Source: Octopus vulgaris
Taxonomy: Eukaryota
Assembly (NCBI GenBank): GCA_951406725.2
Contig: OX597814.1
Span: 74,958,001 to 75,022,000, forward strand
Direction: 5' to 3'
Length of the DNA stretch: 64,000 bases
Shown here: positions 25,503 to 39,655 of the stretch, piece by piece
How the letters are laid out: each line of letters starts with the position of its first letter
How positions within the stretch are numbered: position 1 is the first letter of the stretch
Notes under the pieces: model-generated
The model's database searches: none
Seen by the model: the letters and a program-made list of their open reading frames with translations, nothing else
Told to the model about the DNA's origin: nothing
Program-made: the position numbers and the translations under genes

Positions 25503-28500
25503 CTATAGCAGAGTCTCCTGCCTCATCACATGATGACATTTTGGAGAGAGAAGATGCATTAATGCATCGCATGGACATACTGTGGCGAGAATACGCCAGC
25601 TCTTGTCGTCCTCACAGCAAAAGTCATTCTAAGCCATGGTCGTCTAGTTCTGCTCCAACAGTTTCTAATCTCTGCTGGTATCATGTCAGATTTAAGGACA
25701 AAGCCCATCGATGCATCCAGCCCTGTTCATTCAAGCTGTCGGGAAATTAGTTGTAGAAGATTTGGGCACATTAATTTCTACCTGCAATTTTTCATCTCAC
25801 TGTGCATTGTTTGTTAAGGATCATGTGCCTAACGAACCGTTCATGGTTGACACTGGATCCAGCTGTTCTATTAAGCCTTTGTGTCTTACTTCAGACAAGC
25901 CAAAGCAATCTGCCATTAATCTGCACACGGTGAATCTTTCCCCAATAAAAACTTATGGTCAGGTCTCATGAAATCTAGATCTCAACCTTTGAGATTTTAG
26001 GTGGGTTTTTGTTTATATCATACCCCATTCTGGGTGTGGACTTCTTAAACCACTTTCACTTGTTAGTAGATGTCAGGCGACAGAGACTCGTGGACATTCT
26101 ACATCTTTGTTTACATCTGCTCGGGTTACTACTAATGCTGTTTTCAGCCCGTCATTTTTTGTTGCCACTGCTGGAGATCAGTTCCACTCTCTTTTGGCTT
26201 AATTCCCAGAGCTGACAGATCTGACTTTCAAATTAATCAAAGTTACACACTTGACTTGCCATTATATCACTACTTCTGAACCACCCGTTTTTCACGTCCA
26301 TGGTGACTTGCCCCTGATCGGCTCAAAAAGGTTCAATCTGAGTTTGAGCATATGCTTCAACTTGGCCTTATTTGCCCCTTCTCCAGCCCTTGGGCATCTC
26401 CTCTTCATTTGGCATGGAAAAGGGATTCAGATTTTCAATCGGTGGGGGATTACAGATGTTTGAATGCAGTCGCTGTTCCTGATCGCTATCCGATAGGGAA
26501 TCTCCAGGATTTTTCTTCAAATTTGCATAGTTGTACTATTTTTTCCAAGGTTTACCTCATCCGGGCTTATCATCAAATTCTGATGAACCCTCACGACATT
26601 CCAAAAACTGCCATTACCACCCCATTTGGAAGTTTTGAGTTCCTGTTTATGAGCTTCGCTTTACAAAATGCAATGAGTACATTCAAGAGGTTTATTGACG
26701 AAGTTGTCTGTGGACTTGACTCTGTGTTTGCGTATATGGATGATTTGCTCATAGCTAGCGGCATACATGAAAATCACCTCTAACACTTATCTCAACATTT
26801 TCAGTATCTTCGCACCTACAATGTGCAAATCAACCCTGATAAGTGTGTTTTCGGACAGACCTCTCTGGAATTCCTAGATCATTATATCAACTGTAATGGT
26901 ATCCAAACGCTTTCCACCAAAGTCGATACAATTCAACGAATCTCTCCTCCCACTTCTTTATGCCAACTGCGTCATTTCTTGGAAATTGTCAACTTCTACA
27001 GGAGATTCATACCTAAATGTGCAGACAAGTTACTTCCCTTGACTCAACTATTGGAAGCAAATAAAAAAAAAATTCTCCTATCACTTTATCTACTGAGGCA
27101 TTATCTTCTTTTGAATCAATCAAGAAGGAAATAGCTTCTGTTCCTTTGCTTGCACATCCGTGTCCTGATGCTCATCTCTCTTTAAGTTGATACATTGGAT
27201 TCTGCAGTCGGTGCCATTTTACTACACACTGTCGATAATCAAACTCGACCTTTGGCCTTCTTTTCTCATCAATTAAAGCCAGCTGAACGTCATTACAACT
27301 CTTAGCAATCTACCTGTCAATTCATCATTTTTAGCATCAACCCAAGGGCCAAGATTTTGTGATTTACACTGATCACAAGTCTCTTATGTTTGCTGTCATC
27401 TAAATTGGACAGACACTCACCTCGTACCTTTCTTCGCCTGGTCTACATTTACCAGTTCACGAGTGACATTTGGCATATTCCTGGAGCAGAGACCATACCT
27501 GCTGATGCACTCTCTCGTCTCCCTGTGTGTTCTCTTTCATCTCCTGCTGCAATCGATTTAACTGCCATTGCACAGGACCAGCCAGCTCTGAGCACATTGG
27601 ATCTAACTTCTACCAAGTGGCCCTGTTGCAAGTTTGCCTATCTTCCACTTTCGTCTGCTGAAGGCACCATCCTTTGTGACACAGCTACTGGTTCTCCCAG
27701 GCCGTTTGTACCAGCAAACCATCAGTGTTCTGTTTTTGATGCTTTGCATTCACTGTCACATCCTAGCATTGCTGTCTCGGTGAAGCTTATTACAGCTTGG
27801 TTTTTCTGGCCTAATATGCACTGGATGACCAATGCTTGGGCATGCATTTGTGTGAAATGCCAGCGTTCTAAAATCCACAGACACATTTGCACTCCTCTTG
27901 GACAGTTTTCTCTGCTGGAGACTTGCTTTCGCCATGTCCACATTGATCTGGTTGGACCATGGCCTGTCAGTCATGGTTTCTCTTACATATTGACATGCAC
28001 CGATCGTTTCTCTCATTGGCCTGAAGCCATTCCAATAGTGGACATTTCCACTGAGCCAGTGGCTCAAGCGTTCGTTTTTAATTTGATTGCTCGTTTTGGT
28101 GTTCCGACTAAGATAACCACTGACCGTGGACGTCAGTTTAAAGCTTCCTTATTTCGTGAATTATCATGAATCCTAGGTGTTCATCACATTCGTACGACCA
28201 GCTACCATTCAGCTTCCAACAGGATGGTTGAACATTTTCACAGGCAACTGAAGGTCACTCTACACAACACTCATGATCCACAGTCTTGGACAGAATTCCT
28301 GCTTATCGTTCTTCTTGGTTGTCGCACTGCCATTAAGACAGACTTAGGTTTCTCCTCTGCCAAACTCCTTTACAGTACCACCTTGGCACAATGTTAACAC
28401 CAGCCAATTCACCGCATCCTGATCCAATGTTGTATGTCACCAGACTTTGCTGGAGTCTTTCACCAATATATCCATGTGACCAATCTATTCCCTCTCACAT

Positions 28501-29129
28501 TCCACCAGATATTGACAAGTGGACTCATGTTTTTGTTCAGGATGATTCTGTCAGAGGGCCGCTCATTTCTCCCTATAAAGGACCATTTCACATGCTATCA
28601 CGCACACGCAAAACTTTTAGTCTCGACATCAATGGTCGGGTAGAGACCGTGTCAGTCAACAGACTTGAAAAGGCATAATTTGAGGTTTCCACACCCTTCG
28701 ATGACACCCCAGCTACGCTCACTTTTGATCCTTTACAACCACCTACACATGCACCTTTGATCACACCATAACCTACACCTTTGTCACCACAACCTAACAC
28801 AAACAAACCTTATGTCATCAGGACAGGCTGTACTGTGCACTGGCCAAAAAACTTAACCAAAACTATTTATATCTGACAATCTCTTTTGTGTTTCCTGTGA
28901 CAGACAATTGCTCTCTTGTGTTACTGAACAATTCCAATACTCTGCCATTGAACATTTTGTCAAATTTTGTGCATGCCAATTTATATTTCTTGCAATTATA
29001 TTTCTTTTTGACCTGTCACATTTTTGCACCATATTTTGTTGTTTGCGATCGGTTACCATCTTTGCTCTTTTCTTGTGCCTGCTCCAGTTATTCTCTATTT
29101 TTGCACTGACATTCTCAGGGGAAAGCCCC

Positions 29130-29480
29130 TGTAGCGAGGCACAAAGAAGCCAGTGCCATTTTGAAACAGCAAGATCTTGCCTGCAACCATTATTTAAGGA
29201 AAAGACAACATTTTTCCTCTCATTCTTCTCATGCAGACGCCGAGAAGACACTTCGAAGCCAGGAGCTCACTGCAGACTTTTGTCCCACTGTGATACAATA
29301 TGTATTGTCTCCAGAGATTACTGAACCTCGTATGTATAGGAGAGAAGGCTAACTATGCACTGTTGTGAAGATGGTTACTGAAAGCAAACTGCTTGTATGA
29401 AGCTCCTGTGAATAAACGGTTATTGAATTTACTCTGCCTGAGAACTTCATCCTTCATATTTCCAGCTCCTTGATTCAACA
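29130..29480 (+). repeat. Candidate 3' LTR of the Gypsy element
   Basis: Purine tract AGGGGAAAG just upstream, starts TGTAG, AATAAA at ~29411, ends CAACA. Confidence 0.6.
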
Positions 29481-30288
29481 GAATAATTATAATGGAAGAA
29501 GATACCCCAAAAGTATCATGAAAACCTTCCTTCCATTATAAGTTCTAAAATCACAAACATTCAATCTTTGACTGTTTTGTCTTTTAGTATAAGTACATTC
29601 ATCAATATTGTTGCAAAATATGGCCTTCTGACATGAACATGGCTTCAAGAACCAAGTCAGTAAATGAGAAACCACAGGCCAGCCCAGCAAGTCAACTTAC
29701 TTAGAGAGGAATTAGTCATACCCAATGATTTTCTTTGCAATGTGATCCTTTGTCATGTAGGTTCACTTCAACTAGTCACACCACATTTTTACACTGACTG
29801 TCTTAGTTGCCAACTTCACACTGGCTATCTTTTTTACTGTTTATTTATGTTGTCATCTTCACACTCCACATTCTTTACATTGCCAACTCACACTCCACGT
29901 TCTTTACATTGCTAACTTACATGCTGCGTTCTTTACATTGCCCACTCACACATGCGTTCCTTCACCAGTTCAAATTGTTGACCTCACAGCAAAGACCCAC
30001 AAAAAAGCATGCAGCATGCTTCAAATTAGTCTCGTGATCAAAAAGTTTTTTATCCTTCATAACACTATGTTCTGCCTCTTACTAAGTTGGTTGCATTTGA
30101 TTTAAGGAAGTTTGTCAGTTATTTCACCAAATAGATTGTACTACTGGAGGATTCCTTGTTAGCTCAGTCTGTCAGATATTTAAATGATTGCTTGTATTGT
30201 TGTTTAACTCCAGAACATCCCTACAATAGAGATGATTGATTAAAGGCCTTCTCACTTTAATCACTGTTACATCCCCCCATTTGGGATA

Positions 30289-31529
30289 CAAGGGTTGGCT
30301 GAAAAGTTCATAGGTTAACCAAGATACTCTCATGGAGTGTCTCATCAAATAAGGTCTATTTTTCAACATACTCCCCTTTGTGATCCACACACTTTTTCCA
30401 TCAGTGTAGCAGTGCTTGGATCCCATTGGTGATGACGCTTTTATCTTGTTAGTCAAAAAAGTCATAAACTGCAGATATGACATCATCATCCTTGTGATAC
30501 TGCTTCCCAGCCAAATGTTTTTATGTTAGGGAACAGATGACAGTCAGATGGAGCCAAATCAACCCTTTCAAAGCAACAGTTATGCAGAGCAACCCTTGAA
30601 AGCAATGATGTGTGCTGGAGCATTGTCCCAATGAAACAAGACCCCTTTCATCAGTTTTCCTGAGTGTTTGGTCTTGATAACCTTTCATAACTGCCTCATC
30701 AAGTTGGCATAGTACTCTCCATTGATGTTGTGGCCCTTTCAAAAATAGTTAGTAAACACAATGCCCTTTACATCCCAAAAAAACTGAGGCCATCACCTTC
30801 TCCGCAGATGAAATGACCTTGACCTTTTTTGGGATCTCATGTGGAGGAGTGTTTCCACTGCTTGGATTGACTCTGTCTCTGGCTCAAAGTGATAAGGCGT
30901 TGATAATCATCCAGGGCTAGGAAATATTCAAGAAAACCAACTAGATTGGCCACAAATAATGTCAGATTTTTGCCATATGATCAGCCTGGTGCACATTTTA
31001 TCAGGTGTCAGAAAATGTAGTACCCACTGAGTAGAAAGCTTCATCACACTAAGTTTGTTATGCAGAATATTCTCAACTCTCTGACGGGATATGCTAATAG
31101 TGTTGACTATTTGATTTAAAGCCAATTGCCTGTCATCCACCATCAAGTTGTGAACACAATCAATGTTTTCCTGTGTGGCAGCTGTAGGACATCCAGACCT
31201 TGAGTCATCTTCAAAACTCTCCCTTCCCCTCCTAAATTCAGCTGCTCGCTTTTGCACTGTTAATAAAGATGGAGCATCATTCCCTAATGTAGCAAGTATA
31301 TCAGCATGTAAGTCCTTAGCAGGGCTAAGCTGTTTTTCTAAGGTACATGATAACACCACTATGCCAAATTTTGTCCATTTTCATTGACATCTTTGAATGG
31401 TCAGATGTCAGTTTACCTGGAAAGAAACAACACGGTTATTAATAAGTGTTGAAATTAATGCATGTAAGATTACACAGCTCTAGCATCACTCCTTCATAGT
31501 TAACCTATGAACTTTACAGCCCACCCTCA
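30289..31529 (-). mobile_element. Mariner transposon, full length, degenerate transposase
   Basis: ~31-bp TIRs CAAGGGTTGGCTGAAAAGTTCATAGGTTAAC / GTTAACCTATGAACTTTACAGCCCACCCTCA with TA TSD; HTH region LGNDAPS..TVQK.AAEFRRGRESFEDD.RSG.P and WVLH (WVPH-like). Confidence 0.93.
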
Positions 31530-34500
31530 TATGTCCAAGACCATATAACCCAATGTGTCTGTAAAAACTAACACTTCCTTTCTCCAAGCTTAGATTCAAA
31601 ACTGAATCTAAGGATTCTTGCTCGTCTGATCCATCACTGACCAAACAGGCACGAAAGAAGTAAGGGTCTAGCTTGTCCCTGCTTGAGATCTGAAACCAAA
31701 TCCACCGGCTTGTTGCTTGTCAAAATGAGCAGGAAATCCTCCACACTAGATGATTGCTGAGGAAACACTCCAACCCCTAGGACCTGTACTGGTCAGTCCT
31801 TTGTTTAAGGTTTGACCTACATTACTGACCATAGTCTATAAAACTGAGAGAATTTTCTATCTCTTCCTCTGATGTGACAGCTATGACCAAGGAGCAACAC
31901 CCGCTTTTACATCAGCCTTAACCAAGAGCAGCACTTCCCATTGCTCAACATGCAAGGAGAGGCTTTAGGCCATAAGAAAGGCGATGCCACCTTTATCCTT
32001 TCTTCCTTTCTAGTCAGCACCATGACTACCTTACTCTTTCCCTCTCTACTGACAGACAACCTTTTTCTACAGAGCAACTACTAACCAGCAAGTCATCCTT
32101 GTCGTCACTATCACTAGAATTGCTACTGTCTCTATAACAACCTGTCAGGTAAACGAATAAATATATGTAAATAACATTTCTTCCTTCTTGGTGTTAATTG
32201 TTCAATATTCACTGGATACTCCAACATGAGAACCTTGAAGCACTACATCTATATGCTACATTTAGTAATGGGCTATATCATATCAAATTGATATGGCACA
32301 TCACATCCAGCTCTCTACATGTCCATCCATTATTTAATGACAGTTTGGTGTGATTTAAGGAACATTGCGTGTTATTTTTAGCAGGTTGAACAAGTTATGT
32401 AGAACCTCTCTTGTTCGGTCAAAGAAAAGCAAGAAATCATAAAGCACAAACTCACTGTAAGAAAACATGTTAACTCGAACTATTCAGTGCATTTTATTCT
32501 ATTTGTTCAACCATGTGAATAAGTCATTGGTGCAACAGGCTTTTGTAAGGAAGCTACTATTCGTGATGCTTCTATTATTGACGGGCATTCCTATTCTGTT
32601 TGACAAATATTGTTAAAAAAAACTTTTAAAAAGAACTCTCTCATTCGCTCTTTTTCTCTTCTCTTTCACCACCCTCTTTTTTTAATTTACTCAGTTGACA
32701 CTTTCTTCTATGTCATTCATGAAAATAAACATTTTTTCAAGAAATAAATAGGCATATTTGAACCCATTATGTTACTGCAGTTTTTTTTTAAATGCCATCT
32801 CTTTAAAATAAAAGAATTCTAAAGATGCACAGCTACTGCAGCTAGGAAAATAATCTAGAAATGTATAGAACACACATTGGTATTTTAGAGGAAACATCAT
32901 GCAGGCTAAAATATGCAGCAGAGTTAAATTAATAATTTTATAGCACAATTCAAACGTGTCTTTTGATGAAAAGCCAGCTTGTTCAAGTTAATAATTTAAC
33001 AAATTTTGCAAGCTGCTATCTAAATGCCTGTTTAAATGAAACATTCTATTGATTATAAACAGGTCATACTATTTCATAGACAAGTCAGTAGGCAAGCTGC
33101 AAGGGTCAGAGGTTTGGATCATAGCATGAATGGCGGGAAAGATATTTGAATTCAAGAAAAAGGTCACAGAAAAAAAGAAATGCAGCAAGAAAGCCATTGG
33201 TAAAACGCTATGTGCGGCTACAAGAACACCTTCATAACTTTGTGTTGTTTGGTGGGAGAAACACAAAACTGTGGCAGAGTTTCTTCATGGAATATTCATC
33301 TTAGTTATCAACATTAAAAATTCTGCATATACATGTAATGCCATAATGCTATGTAAGGTATTTTCAATCTGTACATGAGATTTTTTGCTTCATTGTCTTA
33401 TTTTGTTTAAGAAATTGAATAAAAGCTTTTTGCTTCACATATGTGTAATGCCATCATATATAAATTGTGTACAAGTCATGTATTGTCAGTTAAAATATTT
33501 TTGTTTCATTACTTTAATTGTTTATAGTATTTAAATAAAATGTGACTTTTTTACAGACACCAGATATTTAACTCTCAAAAACTGAGTTGTCTTAAGAATT
33601 CAGTTCCCAACTGGATGTAGTAACAATACTGTAGAATTAACAAATATTTTAGTGGTTTGTGTTTTATTTATTTAACTAATTATTTATTAGTTCAGCTTTT
33701 CCTGTGTGTAAAGCTACTTGCATCACTCAAGGGAGGAATCTTATTTCTCACCCTTTTAACAGTACAGAACCAAAGTTCAATATGGCCCCATTAGATCTTT
33801 GCTGTTTGGAGCAAATTAGATTTGATTGTTAATGATAATGACTTTTCAACTGAACAGAAATTGGAAGAATGAAAGCCAAAGTCGATGTGGATGGATTTCA
33901 AACTCAAAACATAAGAAATACTTCTGAATACTACAAAGCATTTTGTTCAACACTCTACTGTTTCTGCCAATCTATAACAGAAGATGACCTTGTGTTATGT
34001 AAAATATCAACACACATACTCCAATATCTTGATTTATTTTCATGCCTCATTTCGCTTACATTATATTGAATTATATCTCTGTTATTCAATATTGTATTGA
34101 AGCCTAACTTCAGTTCATGTTAGCTACAGGAGTATATTAACCAACATTTTTCAAATATTATTCTTACTGGTGCCAGTGGATATTTTTATATGCATGAGAA
34201 ACAAATTGGTGTCCAGGGGATATATTACATGGCTGTATGAGTTATTAATCAGGAAGAAACCACCCTTACATTTTGGGGCAAAACAGGAGTAAAACCTGTG
34301 CAAAACAAAATGAAAAATTCAAAAAGAAAAAGCAAAATAATTAAGAAATTCACTGAAGGATAATTGTCGACTTAATAATTACTTAAAATTCTTAATAAAC
34401 AGCCTTCTTAAAATCTATCCCACTTAATTTTTCTTCCAAAGAATAGTGGTGTTGGCGTTCAAGTTCTCCAAGTTTGTCAGATTGATCATGGTTATGGTAA

Positions 34501-34825
34501 ATTGGTAGAACATATATTTATTTGTTTCAGTCATTTGACTGCAGCCATGCTGGGGAACCACATTGAAGGGTTTTAGTTGAACAGATTGACTGCAGGACTT
34601 ATTTCTTTAAGCCTAGTACTAATCCTATCAGGTCTCTTTTGTCAAATCACTAAGTTACAGGGATGTAAACACACCAACACCAGTTGTCAAGTGGTGGTTG
34701 GGAACAGACACAAAGACACACACACATATATATATGTGTAAGTTGTCTAAGAGTCCCTATGCCAGGAAAAAGTGCACTTGTATATCTGTTAATCGAGTGG
34801 GTATATTATCCAAAGTGTATAGTAT

Positions 34826-35855
34826 TTCAGGGTGGGGAAGTAAAACTTGCAAAATTGCTGTAACATTTGAAATTCTCTCACTGTGCAATCAATAGGTTTA
34901 GTAATTCAAAAATAGGTTAATAACATTCACATATAATTACAAAATGAATAATTTATTCTATGTGGATTCCATTGTTTACAATTACAGCCTCCACACAGCC
35001 CCAGAACCCTGCACAATCCTTCACCACAAAGTCACTGGACATCATGGCCCACTCCTCATTGATGGCAGCCTTCAAAAAGTTGATGTTGGGGCGGGAGGTT
35101 TTGTTGGTGGCGTGATTCGAAATGCTCCACATGGGTTGAAATGCTCCAGAGGGTTGAGATCCAGGCTGGAAGAGGGCCAGAAGTCTGCAGACCAGAAAGT
35201 AGCAAAGTTAGATTTGCAGAAATTCTGTACCTTCTTGGCAGTATGGCTGGGAACACTATCCTGGGTTCACATATAGTTACCCTCTAAGTAGTTGACTTTA
35301 AACCATGGCAAGACATGGTACCTCAGCGTCTTGTAATAGTTGTCTACACCCTCCTTTTCTCTGGGCTTGTAAAAGTACATGGGCATTTTTTTTCTGTCAG
35401 AGGACACAATACCAAAGGCCATAACCTGGGCTAGATGTTTTGTTCTGAAGATGCCCCTGACATGAGCTGTTGACTACACAATGTACCAACCATTTCTGTG
35501 GTTCACAATGGCATCTACTGTGAAGATCTTCTCAGCAGTGGACCTGTTCTTCTTGAGGTATGTGAGAACCTTTTTTGCACCTGTCCAGTTTCCTGGCCTT
35601 CATAAGTTCTGTTGGTAGGTGTCTTGATGTCCTGGTGTAGTACATGGTGTCCAAGTCATCATTCACAGCTGTTCAGATGGTCTTAGGGTCCACTTCAAGC
35701 TCAGAGGCCAGCTTCCTCATGGATGTAGTTGGGTCCATTAAAATTTTGGATTTGAAGGTGTTGATGAAGTCTGGATTCTGCTTCTTGTTGGCTCCACTGC
35801 TGCCAGACTTCCTCTGGATGCTATTGCCCATTATAAAGTGTGCATAAGGATACAA
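34826..35855 (-). mobile_element. Tc1/mariner-superfamily transposon fragment (possibly maT/DD37D-like)
   Basis: DPTTSMRKLASELEVD..TI (HTH), GIVSSD.KKMP, TQDSVPSH, DFWPSSSLDLNPL; terminus CAGGGTGG at 34826. Confidence 0.75.
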
Positions 35856-35859
35856 CTAT

Positions 35860-36480
35860 ACAGTTCTATATTTAAGAGATGAGGAATTATGTACATTATT
35901 TACATTTGATATACCCTCCAATCTTCATCAGATGTCTTGGGGAAATTTCGAACCTGGATTCTCATTCCTAAGATATTTTTCGATGTTATTATTATTATTA
36001 TTCAGGTCACTGCCTGGAATCGAACATAGAAACTTGGTGTTAGTAGCCAGTGCTCTTAACAACTATGCTATATCAGTGAATTTTAGGGCTTATAAATCTA
36101 ATATTTTCCTATCCTTCCTTAATACCGGTTCCCATATGCTACTCATATCTGCACTGGGTCTGCTTAGGAGGTTGTTGTGTCCTAGCATATGTGCTGCTTC
36201 TTTTAGTTTTTGTATTTTCCAGTGGTGTTCTCTGTCTTTTATTTTAACTTCATCCCACAGGGGGAGGTGGTCTCCATTTTTCCATACATGATCAGCTATA
36301 CCTGATTTATCAATATCTCTTCGTGTCACAGCTTTGCGATGTTCATCTACCCTTATTTTGAGGGGGCGGCATGTTTCGCCTTTGTATAACTTACGACAGC
36401 TGCATGGGCTGGAGTACATGCAGTTTTTAGTCATATTCTCTTCTATTGGTGGTTTTACTTGAAGGAGATATTTGCAATCT
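35860..36480 (-). mobile_element. Penelope/Poseidon-type PLE 3' fragment (GIY-YIG endonuclease)
   Basis: NCMYSSPCSCRKLYKGETCRPLKIRVDEHRK...SGIADHVW...LKEAAHM: GIY-YIG with CCHH residues; truncated CTGATGA motif on minus strand at ~35925-35931. Confidence 0.8.
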
Positions 36481-36899
36481 TTCTTTTTTATCTTTAATGT
36501 AATGATGTTTTATTGATTTCCAGGGATGAAAAACCAAACTTGGTCACTCTTTAGTAAAGTTGATCAACACTATACTGGTCACTTTACTCTAGTGCATGTT
36601 CTGTTCTTGTTCAAATTGTATATGCTAAACACGTGCTAACAGCTTAACCAATGCATCAAATATGCAAGATGTAACAAGCAAAAAGACAGGCTACAAAGTA
36701 AAACACCTTAGGATTGTTCATAGCAGTTAGATTTTGATTTCTGTATCAGTTCCAAAAAAATTGTAGCAAATATAGAATGCTTTATCTAAAAAAAAAGTGC
36801 CAAATTTTTAGATAAAGACAAAGGTGACGATAATAATAAAAATTAAGCATAACTCACACAACTTCCAAAATTATCACCAGTGATGATCAGGATATCACA

Positions 36900-37800
36900 A
36901 AAAATGTCTTGAGTCTCTACAGACACAGGCTCTAAATCAACCAATTTTGCCACAATATAAATTAAAGAAATTTGTGGAGGAGTCTAATTTGAGAGATTCC
37001 AATGGTGAATAGTTTAAACTTTATCCTTGACTAATGTATGACATTGATAAATGTCAAGCTTCATGCTGTAAAATATTTGTGCATAGAAAAACTTTTACTT
37101 TTCAAAGCTGGAAGGGCAAATTGACTGATAAAGCATGCAAAAAGTGCTTGTCATCATTTGGTGAAGTGGATTGGATAGACCATCAAGAGAATTCAGAACA
37201 CAATACATCAGTACTAGGTCAAGTAAATACTATATACAAACAACAAGTAGTGTGAAACTGGGAGTACTTGGAAACTGTTGTTGAAACTCTTGTTTACTGC
37301 CCAACAAATTGTAGTTCAATGAGGTCATACAGAGGACAGCAGTGACTGTAGTAATATTTTTAGAACTGCTACTTCTTCAGTTGAATGAATTCTTGGCTAA
37401 GAGAAAAACCAAAAGCTCAGTGAGATGCATATACGCAGTAGACACCATCTATTGTCCAAAACTAAAATTTTTAATATGAGTACAATATAGAAAATGACGT
37501 GCAAAAGTGTTCTGGCTATTCCATTATCATTGAGGAGGCACCAGACATCTGCAGGGTTGAGCAAATTGTGACATGCCTCATCTTTCACCAAGAGTGAAAA
37601 CAGGTTTCATTGGATTTTTTTTTTTTTTTTTTCAATGCATTTTACTGAAGAAAGGTATTCTCTAGAAGGTGGTCACAAATGAACAAGAAACCGGGGCTGA
37701 AAATTGATGTTATGGTGCAGCAAATATGAACAATTCAGCAACAAGAATAAAAAAGTCTACTCTACTTGTTATCTATGTCCATTACAATGTGTGTCTTCTG
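36900..37800 (+). mobile_element. Very decayed hAT (Tip100/ZMYM1-like) transposase remnant
   Basis: Scattered motifs HQENSEH, ETVVETL..C, CYGAANM (YDGAANM-like), YVH; weak. Confidence 0.35.
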
Positions 37801-38494
37801 GGGTGGTGAATTGGCAGATTCATTGAATGCCAGATAGAAAGTCTTCCGACTCTCTATGCTGTGCACACGCATGCACACACATACAAACATACACTAATCC
37901 TTGACGGTATGGGAGGTTATGTGTGCATGCGTGCACACACACACATGCACATCCTTTGGAAACAGAGTAACTCAAAACAGACCAGCTATATATAACATGT
38001 AAATATTGAACTAAAAGAAAAAGCCTTGAATAGTTGAAGGCTGTCTGTGGAACAAGAATCCTTCAAATTTCTCTCTCCATTTTAAAATCTTTATTCTTTT
38101 TAGTGAGAATTATACATTATCAATATCATAACAATTTGTCAATTTTGAGAGAACATAAAATTATTTTTGCTTTGAAATGGTGAAACTCGAAGCAGATAAA
38201 GCTATAAATAACAGCATGTAAATGTTGGGCTAAACAAAAATTTGGATAGAAAAAAGTCAAAGGCTGCTTGTTGGTCATGAATCTACAGCTGTAAACATGA
38301 TAGACATTCTACCATTGAACCAAAGCAATCGACCATCTCTATTTAAAGGAATTTTTTCCACTCAATATTAACGCACTATTATTTATATTTTCATCTGTTT
38401 TAAGTTTCACTGCGCCAAAAGAAGAATTAATTTATGTTCTTTTGAAGCTTAGAAATATCTATGATATCAATATTATATGACATCAACATTATGC

Positions 38495-38547
<53 letters not shown>

Positions 38548-38559
38548 AGTATATGTGTA

Positions 38560-38750
38560 AAGACAGCTGTATGCAGAAGTGTCTGTCACTGAAAGTGGAT
38601 GGTACTTGTGGAAGAGGGAGACCCAGGAAGACATGGGATGAAGTAGTGAGGATCAATCTCAGGATGTTAGGGCTCACAGAGGAAATGACGATGGACTGAG
38701 ATGTCTGGCAATATGAGGTTGTAGAGAAGACCCACCCACGTCAGTGAAGC
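38560..38750 (+). mobile_element. RTE LINE 3' fragment
   Basis: SCMQKCLSLKVDGTCGRGRPRKTWDEVV, homologous to ~1510-1690. Confidence 0.8.
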
Positions 38751-39619
38751 TGAGTACTAGAAGCTTTGTGTCCCACCCACATGTAATAATAAACTTTTCA
38801 CACACGCTACACCAAGAAACCAAACTACATTGCCTCTTCTAAACTGCATCTTCTTTACATTTCCTCTTCATACACTATGATTGCCTCCTACTCCCCTTCC
38901 CTGCTGACTGTATTGCTGCTTTCCCCCACCCCATCTTAAGACCCAAGTTTTCACCAGTCACTGCAATCCCCACTCCCTACTCACACCCTGGCAATACCTG
39001 GCCATGTATATTATGACCTCCATACCTTGAGCATGCCCTGGCAATTGCCACTATTTATCTCACTTTCTTACTCTACCATCCCATTATGCTCTGATCCTTG
39101 TTACTTGTGAGTATACCCTCGCACTTCACCACCATCTCTCTCCTGCTCTCTCTTGCACTTTTGTTGTTTCCCACTCTCTCTATCTCTCTTTCCCTTGCTC
39201 TTCCCACTGGCTGGGTACCCATGTATCTCCTCTACAGCAGCACAGCTGTTTCTGCCCTCATTTTTGATCACTTTCTTTCCCTCCTTCTCTTGCTTTTTCC
39301 TCTGGCTAAGTAACTAAGCACTCCTTTACATCAGCATACCTGTTTTTGTCCTCTTTCTTGTACCTCTCTATCTGCCTCCTCTCTCTACATCTCACTCTCT
39401 TTTCTCTTTCTATCTCTCTGGCCAGGTAACCATGCACCTCCTCTACAGCAAGATAATTGTTTCTATCTCTCTGTCACACTCTAAGCTTTCATCATCTTTC
39501 ACAAGATTCCCTCCTCAAGATTCCCTCTCTCAAAATTCCTTGTCTTGCAAGTTACTTTGTAACCCAGCCAATGTTGGTGCCACATAAAAAGCACCCAGTT
39601 CACACTGTAAAGATGATGA

Positions 39620-39653
<34 letters not shown>

Positions 39654-39655
39654 CA

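Larger units (their letters stand above)
24750..29480 (+). mobile_element. Degenerate Gypsy/Ty3 LTR retrotransposon (gag-PR-RT-RNaseH-IN, candidate 3' LTR; 5' LTR not seen)
   Basis: gag LWFA..., LGDREPSEFL, LCWYH.RF..KA..C..PC; protease MVDTGSS; RT SSPWASPLH, DYRCLN, KTAITTPFG, YMDDLL; RNaseH FVIYTDHK; integrase H..SHP/C..CQ, HIDLVGP, TDRGRQF; frameshifted. Confidence 0.92.

Noticed and set aside
28853-29352. Hydrophobic ORFs after integrase as a possible env gene
   Set aside because: Short overlapping ORFs from T-rich UTR/LTR sequence, with no signal peptide or fusion-protein features.
30266-32250. Possible solo LTR (TGTTACA start, TATA-like and AATAAA motifs) interrupted by the mariner
   Set aside because: Could not define a matching end or TSD.
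33125-33304. Open frame HEWRERYLNSRK...FFMEYSS* as a possible host terminal exon
   Set aside because: No convincing splice acceptor or recognisable homology; other frames hint at a decayed piggyBac Cys-rich tail.
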